Assembly (NCBI RefSeq): GCF_006345805.1
Contig: NC_043015.1
Span: 31,682,001 to 31,746,000 of the forward strand
Direction of reading: 5' to 3'
DNA length: 64,000 nucleotides
Origin: Octopus sinensis
Taxonomy: Eukaryota
Part shown: piece after piece, positions 38,258-53,346 of the stretch
How the letters are laid out: the number at the start of each line of letters is the position of its first letter
How positions within the stretch are numbered: position 1 is the stretch's first letter
The notes under the pieces: model-generated
Told to the model about the DNA's origin: nothing
Database searches by the model: none
Seen by the model: only the letters and a program-made list of their open reading frames with translations
Program-made: the position numbers and the translations under genes

Positions 38258-41200
38258 TTGACACAACATAACAATAACACCAGAAAAAAAAAAATTCTTA
38301 CAAAAAGCCTGCAGCATAGAGACAAAACATCACCTGAGACTATTGAAAACATTGAATTAATCGTTGATGATAATGATCCCTTTAATTGCCACTGGGGTAG
38401 CTGATGAGGAGGATACAAGGGATGCAAGCCCACCAACTTGGTTAGGTAGATCACCGAATGGTGCTGATTGGCTCCACTTCAAAAGCCCTCTTGGTTCACC
38501 CAGTTGAAAAGTCCCATGTTCTGCAGTAACGACCCAAGAACCAGCAATGAACCAGAAGAAGTGAGAAGGGGGTAACTTAGTGGGATGGGACATACGACGT
38601 GGAATAGTTCTGGAAGATGACTATTTACTTTGACCACCGAGCAAGTGTTGCAGTGCCCTCGAATGAACGAAGCAACCACCTAAAATCTGTCTGAGAGGGC
38701 TTTTGGAATGGCTTCCAAATTGACCAGGGTCCCAGTGAAGCCAGCTTTGTTCCCAACCTCTATTTCTTTCTGCTGCTAGCTTTTTGCCAAATGTTTTAGA
38801 TTTTGACCCAGTTGCCCTACGTTGATGATTGCTCTTGTCAACTGCTGCCTGTCTAACCAATTCACTAATTTGGTCCCTGTAATTTTTGCAAACCAGTAAC
38901 TTGCAACAACCATGGATTGGTCCCTTTTTTATCAATCCTGAAAGGAGAAGCAGAGCTCAGCAGGATTTGAACTCCAAAAGAGTAGGGAGCTGGAATGAAT
39001 GCTGCAAGTGAGGGTGAAGAACATTTGCATTATACTCGTTTCAATCATTGGACTGTGACCATGCTGGAGCACTGCCTTGAAGGGTTTAGTCAAACAAATT
39101 GACCCCAGGGCTTGTTTTTAAGCCTGAAACTTATTCCATCATCCTCTTTTGCTGAACTGGTAAGTTACAGGAATGTAAACAAACTAACACTGGTTGTCAA
39201 GCAGTGGTGGTGGTCGTGAGGGACAAAGACAAAGATATAGACACACGATATGATGGGCTTCCACATAGTTTCCAGCTTCCAAATTCACTCACAAAATACT
39301 GGTTATCCTCCACAAACACCCCACCCCCCATCAGAGACATAGATGTTCATAAATGTGAAACCATACATGCTTACACATCAACCACAAACATATGCATACA
39401 CACACACACATGCATACATGCACATACATACATTCACGTGCGTGCACACACACATAAGCTCACATACATACATGCGCACTCACATAAACACATGTTCTCT
39501 CTCTCTCTATCTCTCTCTCTCTCACACACACACACGTTCACATAACGAAATAGCTTGTAAATAATCACACTGAAAATATTCAAAAAATATTTTAAAAATC
39601 TGGGAATGTGGTAGCGGTGGTGGCGAGGAAGAGTCGAATTCAGTGTTTATAATAAAAACTGTACAGCATGTTAGACTAATGCAGAAGGGGTTAAGTACAG
39701 CATAAAGACTACCACCAACAATAGCTCAGAGAGAAAGAGGAAGAGATAGTGTTGTGGATGAATTATCCACTGTTGGTGTTTCGTGAAGGGTTTTCGAAAA
39801 TGATGAAGCTCTGAATGGGTGAAAATGAAATTGAAGACTGCAAAAAGCAAGAGAGGCTGGTTGTGCTGTGCTGTGCTCCCTCTGCAGGTAATAAGGGGAG
39901 CACCAACAGCTGTCAGTGGATGCTGCGAGAAAACGGGAGGCGGCACGGAGGGGTTAGTTTGTGGCAGGATCGATAATTATTTAACAGGGTAGAACAGAGC
40001 AAAGAGTATAACCCCCCTTTGTTTCTCTTTAATCAATTCCTTTGCAGAAATTAATGAATGGGAGTGAACCCTTCAAAGGGAGCATGTGAAGGAGAACAGT
40101 GAAGAAACCACACACACACACATGCACACACACACACACACACATGCATACGCACACACACGCAAGTAGGAGTGGGGAAAGAAATTCAACGAAATCCTGA
40201 GAAAAATTAAATTTCATAGCTTAAAACTGTTTTATTAGGTTAATTCCAACATCAAGAACATCTCCGAAGTAGTTTCGATTTGGGTGGGGGGGGGGGCTGT
40301 TAAATGGGGGGAAAAAGGTACCCCCACTTCTCCTCCTCCTTACTGCAGCCTTTTTTCTTTTCTGAAACCTTGTTTGAATATCTGAACATTAAATAAGGAA
40401 CCAAACTGCTGTTCCCTTCAATGACTAATGTCCTATTTACCGCTGCTGCTGCCGCTGCAGTTGTTGGCTCCTTAACTCAGCAGTCACTGATTAGATGTAA
40501 GGATAAGGGAGAAAGTTTTAATCAGAATCAATGTAGGGAACCATACAGTGTTGAAGAAGCGTCTAAGGGGACGGCAGGGCTGGTGGTGAATCAGAAACAT
40601 GGAACAGAGGAAAACAAAGTAAAGGAAGCAAATATCATATTGTAGTAAAATGCATTCGGAAGCCATAAAACCTACGCAGCTCTCACAAAACACGAATCAC
40701 GTGCACGCATGGAGCGTTAAACATTTTTACATCCAAGGGCCAAACCATATGTAAATTTGTGCAAATTCTTCCTCGCTCAATTAGTTAAAAGTGGAAGGAT
40801 TAAATAACACAAGACATTTTTTTTTTTTTTTAAAGAATGGCATGGAATAAATAAATAGGAAACTCCTACATTTCTCACCCACAGCCTCTGAGAGGTTAAT
40901 GAGGAAAAATACAATAAACTTATATATCCTAAATTCTGATTTGCAAAAAAAAAAAAAAAAAAAAAAAAAATCAAATTAACCCTTTTGTTACCATATTTCT
41001 GTCGAAATGCACTGCATTTGGGTTAATTCTGAAATTAATTAAGGATTTAGTAAAAAAAACTTAGCATAAGCTGGTCTTTGAAACACAAACTGACATGAAA
41101 TTTTAATGGAAGGTGTTAATTTAGACCACTTCAAAGCAGGGAAATCTTATCTGATGTGTTCAGCTTAACAGGTATTAAATGTGTGTGTGTGTGTGTGTGT

Positions 41201-41649
41201 GACAGATCCAATGATAAGGTAAATGCCAAGCAAATACTGAAACCAATTGATCTTGTAATCACTAAATTCTGACACAACAAACAAAAACCTTGAATTAGGT
41301 CCAATTAGATTATATGACCCTTACAATCTCTTATTCTTTTATTCTTTTACTTGTTTGTCATTTTGACCGTGGTCATGCTGGAGCACCGCCTTTAAGTTGA
41401 AGTAATCAACCTCAGGACTTATTCTTTGTAAGCCTGGTACTTATTCTATCAATCTCTTTTCCTGAACTGCTAAGTTATGGGGACATAAACACACCAACAC
41501 CAGCTAACAGGCGATGGTGGGGGTGGTGGACAAACACAGACACAAAGACTCATACATAAGCATACATATATATATATACCGGAGTAAACACATAAATGTG
41601 AAACAAGGTGGAAAAAAGAGTACTCAAATACCAGTGGTAGAGTAATATG

Positions 41650-41807
41650 CTTTATTTTAAGCAGCAGAAAATTCAACAAAATCTGTTACTCTGAGTTTCT
41701 CATTGCCGTTCATCAGACAGTTTTTGCTAGCAAAAACTGTCTGATGAACGGCAACGAGAAACTCAGAGTAACAGATTTTGTTGAATTTTCTGCTGCTTAA
41801 AATAAAG
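41650..41807. repeat. 158-bp palindrome (one mismatch), Penelope pLTR-like
   Basis: Arms are reverse complements about gctagc (41726-41731); sole mismatch 41702/41755. Confidence 0.95.
41737..41774 (+). ncRNA. Minimal type I hammerhead ribozyme motif (mirror copy on minus strand ~41683-41720)
   Basis: ctgt-CTGATGA-a cg GCAA cg a-GAAA-ctc a gag-TA-acag: conserved core boxes, short helices I-III, GUA cleavage triplet. Confidence 0.6.
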
Positions 41808-42264
41808 TATATATATATATATATATATATATATACGATGGGCTTCTTTCAGTTTCTGTCTACCAAATCCACTCACAAGGCTTTGGTCAGTCTGAGGCTA
41901 TAGTAGAAGGCACTTGCCCAAGATACCACGCAGTAGGACTAAATCACCTGGTAATTTGTACATCATAAGTCAGTGGTTGTCATAATCCATCTGTTTATAT
42001 CCAACCTGAAATGTCATTTCTTGTGTCTCAAAGGCAGGACACCATTTCATCCCAGCATGTTTTATTAGTTGGAACTTTTGAATAAAGGTCTTTCACAGAA
42101 TTTGGACCGGTGCTAGTAGCAGTGGTAATAGTAGTGTGTGTGTGTGTGTGTGTGTGTGTGGGAGTCAGCATAAGAATGACAAAATAGCTGTTCTCTTCAT
42201 TTCTGCCACCACAACCACTATCATCATCATCACCATCATCATCATCGTCATGGTAATAAATAGT

Positions 42265-42500
42265 AAGGCGGTAAGCTGGCAGAAATGTTAGCACGCCAGG
42301 AGAAATGTGTAGCCATATTTCGTCTGCCGTTATGTTCTGAGTTCAAATTCCGCTGAGGTCAACTTTGCCTTTCATCCTTTCGGGTTCGATAAATAAAGTA
42401 CCAGTTACGCACTGGGGTCGATGTAATCGACTTAATACCTATGTCTGTCCTTGTTTGTCCTCTCTATGTTTAGCTTCTTGTGGGTAGTAAAGAAATAGGT
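42265..42500 (+). mobile_element. Family B SINE, full length
   Basis: aaggcggtaagctggcagaaatgttagc..gagttcaaattcc..tgtgggtagtaaagaaatagg. Confidence 0.88.
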
Positions 42501-42854
42501 AATAAATTACTCTAAAAAACAAAAAGGAAAACAAGACAAGAAACCTAATAAGTCTAACTGACTCTGGTTGGTACCCAGTCATGTAATAAGGTACCTATCA
42601 ATTTTGTTGTTGTGTCGTTGGAGACGGTGATGGTGTTATAACCAGTGTGTTTGTTTAAAACAATCATGTCATTGCATTACTTTCTCAAGCCACTCTTCAC
42701 GACTTCAAGGCTGTTGCTTTAAGAAAGATCTACTTAAGATACTCATGTAACACGATGGACAAGCTGAACACATTTGCAGATTAATTAAGATGATGTTTAT
42801 GTCCTTATATGGAAGTGGCTTAGTTGTACATACCTTTCCGCACCTCCTCATCTA

Positions 42855-43460
42855 TATTTTTCACTTGTTTCAGTCACTAGACTGTGGCCATGCTGGGGCA
42901 CTGCCTTGAAGAATTTTTAGCTGAATGAACTGACCCCAGCACTTTTATTGAAGCCTGGTACTTATTCTATCAATCTCTTTTGCTGAACCACTAAGTTACA
43001 AGGACATAAACACACCAACACCAGTTGTCAAACGTTGGTGGCGGGGACAAACATAGACACACATACACAAACACATGATGGGCTTCTTTCAGTTTCCATC
43101 CACCAAATCCACTCACAAGGCTTTGGTCAACCTGAACCTAGAGTAGAAGACACTAGCACAAGGTGTTATGCAGTCGCACTGAACTTCAGGTGCATGTCGT
43201 TGGGAAGCAAACACAGACACACAAACATATACACACATACATACATATATATATATATACACACATACATATATATATATATACACATATATATACGATG
43301 GGCTTCTTTCAGTTTCCGTCTACCAAATCCACTCACAAGGTTTTTTGGTCAGCCCGAGGCTATAGTAGAAGACACTTGCCTAAGGTGCCACACAGTGGGA
43401 CTGAACCCGGAACCATGTGGTTGGTAGACAAGCTACTTACCACACAGCCACTCCTCCACC
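42855..43460 (-). mobile_element. Two nested or tandem family A SINEs
   Basis: Tail at 42860; two 5' halves (43075-43210 and 43295-43460) separated by (TA/CA)n. Confidence 0.8.
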
Positions 43461-44514
43461 TATTTACATTGACAGAATGAATATTCTTTTTTAAGTATTT
43501 CAAAACATCACAAAAATATCCATTTCTCTCTAAAGGAGGATTTTACTAGCAACAGGAGTTCTCTTGTCTCTCCACAGAGTACCACCAGTTAGCTTGTCTC
43601 TTCACAGAGTATCAAAACATTTGTCTTCCCAGTGTGTTGGTATTCTTATTCCTCTGCAGCATACTAATTACTCTTGTCCCTCTATGAAGTATCAGTACTC
43701 TTATCTCCTCAAAATATCAGCCTCAAGTCCTTCCATGGAGCATCTATTAACTTGACTCAATGGCTTTTTGCCAAAGCAGATCACTAGAATTTCTTCAAAC
43801 TCATGACTTTTACAAAACCACTTCTAAAACTTACAGAGCTGCTTCTGTTACCGTTGTTTACATCAGCAAAAACCAAAGCTACTTGGTGCCACCAATTCCC
43901 AAGTGGTATTTTTACTAGTTTTTAAGATAGTTAAGTGCCAGATGAGGGAAATCTTGGCTGCTATTTGCAGCAGACCAAGCAACCACATAGAGGCATCTAC
44001 GTAGCTGCAAATAGGTTCAGTTCAGTATAAAACCGACTGTCCTTGTTTCAGAAACTGTTGAGATCTGTTGAAATATTTGCTAAGTGGCAAAGTGTGCAGT
44101 AAAGAGAGAACAATGTAGAAAAACATCTGGGATGGCCCAGTGTGGTGCTTGTGTTCAACCGGCAACATTCATAATGGGAAAACAGGAAAGAGGAGAGGTC
44201 TATTTTTACAGAGATAACAAACAGTGAAATGCTTCAGTCCTGTCAATATACGTATTGTTGTTGTTGTTGTTAGAGATTCTAAGAGACTTCTGTTGAACAA
44301 AGATAACATTCAGAGACACTACAGAGGAGACACAATGGAATATTGGCAACAAAAATAAAAATAATACAATCTCTTTCAGAATGGATGGTACAAGTGGTTG
44401 GGAAATCACATTCTACAAAATGTTGACATAGGTGTTGCTGTGTTTAGCCACAGAGCAGCAGATAGCTTGTCCTTCATACACAGTGTACCCAAGATACATT
44501 AGCTAATGTGTGTG

Positions 44515-44746
44515 TTTCTTTACTACTCACAAGGGGTTAAACATAGAGGGGACAAACAAGGACAGACAAACAGATTAAGTCGATTACATTGACCTCAGTA
44601 TGTAACTGGTACTTAATTTATCGACCCTGAAAGGATGAAAGGCAAAGTCGACCTCGGCAGAATTTGAACTCAGAACGTAACGGCAGACAAAATACCGCCA
44701 AGCATTTCGCCCAGCATGCTAACGATTCTGCCAGCTCGCCGCCTTA
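44515..44746 (-). mobile_element. Family B SINE
   Basis: Full-length reverse match to the 42265 copy. Confidence 0.85.
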
Positions 44747-45649
44747 TCTAATGTATGTGTGTGTGTGTGTGAGGGAGGAAGAATGTGAGTAGCAGACAAC
44801 TCCAAGATGCAACCCACAAATCCATAGTTCTGAATATGCCATACTTCCAATTTGAGGACTATGTTGTACATTCCTACATACGCTTGGTTGATTGTATGTG
44901 GTGCAGTGCTGCAGCCTGGGCACATTGTATTCTTTCCTATACCCAAATGTAATGCATTCTTTGGGCCCATGACAGCCACCCTTCGTACTATATTTGTCGG
45001 TACCATTGTTATCATCACAATGTGTTGTTTACTCACCATCCACCAACCCCCCACAATACTAGGTCACACTTCCTAATCAGTTTGTCCTCATTGTGACCGG
45101 AGAATGAAGAAACAACCAACCCTTCAGTTATTTATATAAATCCACTTCATCTTTCCACAATATCATTCTTTCACCACCCATCAATCCTTCTCTTTGTCAT
45201 AAAATAACAAAATAATATATATTGTTTATAATCTGATAAAATCAAATAGCAACAATAATAACAGTTTCACTTGATGAATCCACAATAAAAAATTAGAAAA
45301 GGAAAGAGAACAGAGACGTTATATCACATTTTGTGTACAATGGTGTTGTTGACTACCGGTTTCTAACAGGCCCAGCATTTATGAAAGCCAAGATGTTACT
45401 CAGGCTTAACAAATACTGCAGATGCACCAGTGTATCTATTTTCCTGCCAATGTTTATGTCAGTTGCCAATATAACACTAGAAACACACACACACACATAG
45501 TCTTTCATCTTTTACTTGTTTCACTCATTGGAATGCAGCCATGCAGGTGCACTGCATTGAAGGGTTTAGTTGAACAAATTGAAATCACTACTTCCTTTTA
45601 AGCCTGGTACTTATTCTATTAGTCTCTTTTTCCAAACTACTAAGTTACA

Positions 45650-46978
<1,329 letters not shown>

Positions 46979-47814
46979 AAACCCTTTAAGGTGGTGCTCC
47001 AGCATGGCTGCAAACAAATGACTGAAACATATTGTCATCATCATCATCATCATATATTTATGATACATTCATATATCATATATTCATCTACGAAATTCAC
47101 TCACAAGTCATACTTATAAATATTTCTCTATGATGCAACACACACACACACCTGCACACACACACACTTGTTTGCAGCTGATAGTTCACTTTGTTGTTAT
47201 TCAAAACCTTCTTGATTGAGTGAACCGTCAGTTTCAAATTAATTAACTCTAACACATGTATTGAGTGCTTTTTCTTCCGGAGGGGGGGGAGGCTTGTATA
47301 TCCAAACACGAGTATGTGGGTGTGTTTGTGTATGGGTGTGGGCATGCGCACACTATGTGTGAACACCTTTTATCGGAGCAGTGATTCATGCAGTCAGTGG
47401 TTCATTCCCAACCAACAGAGAGTCTGTCATCACTTTACAAAACAACCTTCAGCTAATAACAGTGAGGTGGTGGCAGTGGTGGTGGTGGTGGTAGTGGTGG
47501 GAGAGAGAGAGAGAGAGAAAGAGAGACAGACAGACAGAGAAAAAAGTAAGGTATGATGTGTATAGGTTGGGTGAGTTGTTAAGGTATTTCCTAACCTGTT
47601 ACCTCATGATATAAAAATATCAACTGTAAATAACTTATTTTCTCATATTAAAGGAGAGCAAGGAGAGAAGAATAACGAGGATTGCTGAATTAAGGGGAGA
47701 GGTAAAGCTAGAATAGTGGAGCAGAATAAAATGGGAAGGTTGGAGAAGATGAAGAAATAAAATGGAGGGGGTGGGAGGGCAAAAAATTAGGAAAAGCATC
47801 ATGATATATATTTT

Positions 47815-48041
47815 ATATTTCTTTATTGCCCACAAGGGGCTAAATATAGAGGGGACAAACAAGGACAGACAATGGGATTAAGTCGATCACATCAACCACA
47901 GTGTGAAACTGGTACTTTATTTATCGACCCCGGAAGGATGAAAGCAAAGTCGATCTTGGCGGAATTTGAACTTAGAACATAATAACAGACGAAATACTGC
48001 TAAGCATTTCACCCGGCGCGCCAACGTGCCTGCCAGCTGGA
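47815..48041 (-). mobile_element. Family B SINE
   Basis: Reverse match to the family B consensus. Confidence 0.82.
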
Positions 48042-48489
48042 GTAGTAATGTTGATATAGAATAATAATAATAGTGATAATACATTATACAATAGTAATAA
48101 AGAGTAGTAATGTAAGTGATGATGTAGAGAGAGTATATAGTGTGAACAACAGTGGTTTATAAAGTAGTATAAATATTTGGGATATACAGAGAAATAAAAC
48201 AGAGATAAATGAAGGCACGAGGCTATACATATACGTATTACTATTTAACAGAAGCAATAGATTGACTCAAGGGCCGAGAGTTAATCTATCGCTTATCTTA
48301 AATACAAATAAAAATATACATAGACTCATATTTCGAGTTGCGTATTTCCTGTTTGCATCACCATATACATATATATATACACACACACACATGTATATAG
48401 ACTCATATATATACATATATCAGGAATGTGTCACCTGGGTGGGCAAGGTAGGTAGTGCCTACCCTGAATAAAATAGATTGATTGTAACA

Positions 48490-48950
48490 TTGTAGAAACA
48501 CTGCCAAACCAGACTGGAGCCTGGTGCAGCCTCCTGGCTTCCCAGACCCCGGTCGAACCATCCAACCCATGCTAGCATGGAAAACAGATGTTAAACGATG
48601 ATGATGATGATGATGATATATATATATACATATATCCACATATAGCATCACCATCATCGTTTAACGTCTGCTTTCCATGCTAGCATGGGTTGGACGATTT
48701 GGCTGAGGACTGGCGAACCAGATGGCTGCACCAGGCTCAAATCTTGATTTGGCAGAGTTTCTACAGCTGGATGCCCTTCCTAATGCCAACCATTCCGAGA
48801 GTGTTGTGGTTGCTTTTACGTGCCACCAGCATGACGGCCAGTCAGGCGGTACTGGCAATGGCCACGCTCAAATGGTGCTTTTTTTACATGCCACCTGCAC
48901 AGGAACCGGTCCAGCAGCATTGGCAACGACCTCACTCGAATGTTTTTTCA
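48490..48950. mobile_element. Two family C RTE ends, tail-to-tail inverted
   Basis: Plus copy 48490-48617 ending in (GAT)n; minus copy 48646-48950 starting with (CAT)n. Confidence 0.85.
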
Positions 48951-49184
48951 TATGCCATATATATATATCCATATATATATATATATACCTACTTAAATAC
49001 ATATGTATAGGTAGGTAGGTAGCAAGCTAGAGAGAAAGAGGCATTTATATCTACATGCACAGACACATGTACATATATATATATATATATATATAAACAT
49101 ACACACACATACATAAATAAATAAATACATATGTATAGCTATATAGCTAGCTAGCTAGAAAGAGGTATCTATATCTATATGCAC

Positions 49185-49225
<41 letters not shown>

Positions 49226-49478
49226 CACACACATGTAACTGATTTTAGGAATAAGAAAGATATTTCAGTCAGAGAATTGCTGTTGATAGTGTTTGGCTTG
49301 CAACAGTCTCTTATTGGTTGCTGACATCCTGTTATCGATGATGACTAAGTTTAGTTATTCTTCAGTTTATCTCATGCCGGTAAAATGGACACCGTAGTGA
49401 TTGGTCATACCACTGACAGACAGCACCAATATATTTTCACTGCTGCTGTAACAACAACAGCAGCAGCTGTGACATCAG

Positions 49479-49513
49479 CAGCTGTGACATCAGCAGCTGT
49501 GACATCAGCAGCT
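49479..49513. repeat. 15-bp tandem repeat cagcagctgtgacat (x3, from ~49461)
   Basis: gcagctgtgacatcagcagctgtgacatcagcagctgtgacatcagcagct. Confidence 0.7.
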
Positions 49514-50564
49514 AACTGAAGTGAGAACCATTCGATGATGCCTACTCACACAGACAGACACACAGACACGGATATCTGATTTTATGCAATGGAAAACAGT
49601 ATCTCTGCCATTTCTTGACTCCTCTCCTATAAATATGGTTTTGTGCCAATTTCAGAAGTTTTATTATTGTTGATGTTGTTGTTGTTGTTGCTGTTGCTGT
49701 TTTGAAAAAGCTGATGATTGGAAACCCTTGGAGCGCCAGGAAAAAGGTCTCGCACTATTTAGTTTAGCTCTTTACGTTGTGAGTTCAGATCCCAGAGAAA
49801 TCAACTTAGTTTTACAACCTCCTAGGGGTTCGTAAAATAGAAACAACAAATTCTAGTACTGGGATCAGTACAACTGACTATACCTCATTTCACAAGTTTC
49901 AGGTCTCATGCTTATATTAATAATAATAATAATAATAATTTTTATTAAAATCAAAAATGGTAAAGCATTGGTAAAAATGCTTTGCTGTATTTATGCTGGT
50001 AGTTTAAATTAAAACCCAGCAAAGGGCAACTCTGCCTTTTATCCTTTTGTGGGTCAATAAGATAAAGTATCAGTCAAGTACTGGGGTTGTTGGTATTGAC
50101 TAATACCTCTCTCCTCAAAATTACTAAAGGGAGTCATCATGGTTTTTGTAAGGTTTCCATGAACAGCTCTTGGAGGCCCCCTCCAATTTATGTTATTTCT
50201 TTTGTTTACATGATTTATTATTTTTTTATAATCCTAAACTGTCTTCGATCTTTTTGTCAACACCTTGCGGTTAACATACAAAGCATTATAATTATTAAAA
50301 GGCAGTCCTGGCAGAATTCTTACCACGTTGCGAAAAATGCTTAGCAACATTTTTTTTCTGGTTTTACATTTCGAGTTCAAATGTTGCCTTTTATCCTTTT
50401 GGTGTTGATAAAATAAGTACCAGTTGAGCATCCAACGCATGTCAGCACGGAAAATGCACATCAAATATTGATGAGGAGAACCAATGTCAATGCAACTGAC
50501 TAAAAAAAAAACAAATCCAAGCCTTGTACCTAAATCAGAAAGTATTATTATTCTTACTATTATT

Positions 50565-50910
50565 TAACCCTTTCATTACTGTATTTATTTTGAGATGCTA
50601 ATGCCAACCACTCCACTACACTCATGGAGTGGTTGGCATTAGGAAGGGCATCCAGCTGTAGAAACACTGCCAGATCAGACTGGAGCCTGGTGCAGCCTCC
50701 TGGCTTCCCAGATCCCGGTCGAACCGTCCAACCCATGCCAGCATGGAAAACGGACGTTAAACGATGATGATGATGATGATGCTCTGTGTTTCTTTCAGTT
50801 ACTTTAAATATAACGAAGAATTTAGTAAAATAACTTAGTTATCATTCAGCTAGTGTTAGGAACATAAATTGTGACTAAGGTTTGGTGAGAGATTTTAATT
50901 CAAAACTTAT
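50565..50910 (+). mobile_element. TTAA/piggyBac-like MITE interrupted by a family C insertion
   Basis: ttaaccctttcattactgtatttattt matches the 59733 copy; family C insert 50600-50777 with gatgct TSD. Confidence 0.75.
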
Positions 50911-51714
50911 ACATTCTGAGTTCAAATTCCAATGAGGTCTAATTTGCCTTTCATCCTTTCAGGGTCAATAAAATGAGTACCAGTTGAGCACTGGGGTCAA
51001 TGTAATTGATTCATCTTTTCCCCTAAAATGGCTGCCCTTGTGGCAAAATTCGAAACCATTATTATTATTATTATTATTATTATCATTATTGCTACTGTGT
51101 TAGTGAGGAATCAATGCTAAATCTCGTACATTACATCAGTTTGTCCCTCTATATTTTCTGTTCAATTTCTGATAGGTTCAACCAGTTTCATCTTTGCAAG
51201 GGGTCAATAATACACCAGACAAGTAACATAGTGCTTGTGTGTGTGTGTGTGTGTGATGAGGGAAGGCTGGAGTAGTTCTACTGATGACACTCCTCTTCAC
51301 TAGATATCTGTGGGTGGCACTGTCATAGAAATACTTATGTCAATCATCAACATGATACATGTGAAACATGTACAATCTGTAATGAGACAAACCTCTCATC
51401 TTTGCCTGTCCTTGGATGATAGTGTCGCTGTATATGGTAAATCAAATTATTGGACAAAATAAACAGAAACTGATAAGAGACAGGAGGAGGAGGAGGAGGA
51501 TGATGATGATGACAATGCCATCTTTTCTGTATCACAGTTTAGTAGAACAAAAACAGGCTAAGTTCCTGAATGTTATATTTTTAGTATCATCAGCAAAACA
51601 ATCCTTATCACTCTATCATGGTATCACAAGAGCCTCCACTACCACCACCACCATCTTTATTTTAACATCTATTACACCCCAGTGGCTATCAAAGTTTACA
51701 CAAAGCCAATATCT

Positions 51715-52081
51715 ATTGAAATCGATCAAAAAAAATCAATGGAAATTGTAGTTGTGATACCAGTGCCGGTGGCACATAAAAAGCACCATCCGATCATGAC
51801 CGTTGCCAGCACCACCTCGACTGGCTTCTGTGCCGGTGGCACATAAAAAGCACCATCCGTCCGTGGCCGTCTGCCAGCTCTGTCTGGCACCTGTGCAGGT
51901 GGCACATAAAAAGCACCCACTACACTCACGGAGTGGTTGGCGTTAGGAAGAGCATCCAGGTGTAGAAACACTGCCAGATCAGACTGGAGCCTGGTGCAGC
52001 CGCCTGGCTTCCCAGACCCAGGTTGAACCATCCAACCCATGCCAGCATGGAAAGCGGACGCTAAACGGTGATGATGATGAT
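51715..52081 (+). mobile_element. Family C RTE 3' end with three internal ggtggcacataaaaagcacc repeats
   Basis: Internal ~62-65-bp repeats, then family C core and (GAT)n. Confidence 0.85.
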
Positions 52082-52794
52082 AAGTGTAACACAACATCAG
52101 TAACAGCCTGAGATAGTAGGGAGAGAGAGATGTCTCATTCTGTCTATACTACAACATCAAAGAGTGATTTGAGTGTGACACAACCTCAGTAGAAGTCAGA
52201 GGATGGTGATGAGAAGCTTCATCCTGTTTATTAGAATGTGACATGATGCATATGTGGCCAGAATGCCTTTACTAATCGCAATTACATTATAGAAGTTTGG
52301 CATGAAAATAGGGAGCTTGTGTGTGGCATCCCTTATAGCTGTGTGACTTATGGTTGCTTGGCCTACCTCTTTGTAGTGTATGCAAGAAGATGGCATACAT
52401 GCATGCATTTATGTGTGTATACATTTTGCAAGATCAGAGGAAGTGTATAGTGTGTGTGTGTGGTTTTTATTGAATATGAAACAAGAGTAGTGAGGCACCT
52501 GGCTGTTTAGCATTTAGATTACTCTGTTGAATGTAATACCTATTTATTCACATTATTTCGAATTAATCAGGTATTATTATCTTGTAGCTTTGAGATTTCA
52601 GTGATGTGATTGTGTATATTTTTAGAATGACCTTGTAGGACAGGTGAGAGATGCTGGATCTGGCCAGTTTAAATGCTAAAGGGTCAAGAGAGAGAAGAAA
52701 GTTGTACAATTGGCAAGTTACAAGTACCATCTTTATCTTTCTCAGATTCATCTCTCTATCTATCTATCTATCAACCAATCTATCTATCTGTCTA

Positions 52795-52826
<32 letters not shown>

Positions 52827-53314
52827 CCTCACACACACCTATCATAGACAAAGAAATCTTTTGACACCTGTAGGCACACAAAAGTCTCTCTCTCTCTCTC
52901 TCCCCCTCTCTTACACAGCCATACAGTATATATTTGAAATAGGGATTTCTTGAGAACAGGACAAATAGGGTCCAGTAGAGCAGGAGATGGAATAATCGAT
53001 ATCAAAAGAGTGATGGCAGAGGGAGATAGCAACAAGTTAGGGACCGGCTGCTGATGAGGCAGTTATTGTACAGTAAACTGATGCAGCACAAGGATGGTGG
53101 ATGGCAGCAGCATAGAGGGTGGTGCAGCGATAGATGCACATGTATGAATGTATGTAAATGGTGTGGCATGTGTGTGTATTTGGTGTACATGTATATGTGA
53201 AGTGTGATATAGGTGTATGGTATGTGTGTATCAGCATAATGAATCATCATCATCATCGTTGTGATGATAGTGTGTGTGTACAGGTAGTTTATGTCCACAC
53301 AAAGTGTAGTGCTC

Positions 53315-53346
<32 letters not shown>

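Larger units (their letters stand above)
41330..41940 (-). mobile_element. Family A SINE interrupted in its (TA)n by a palindromic insert
   Basis: SINE tail 41330-41545, insert ~41577-41810, SINE 5' part 41835-41940. Confidence 0.8.

Noticed and set aside
48435-48463. Possible 29-nt microexon (ttttattcag|..cag|gtgaca)
   Set aside because: Not frame-preserving, weak donor, and it looks like a repeat terminus.
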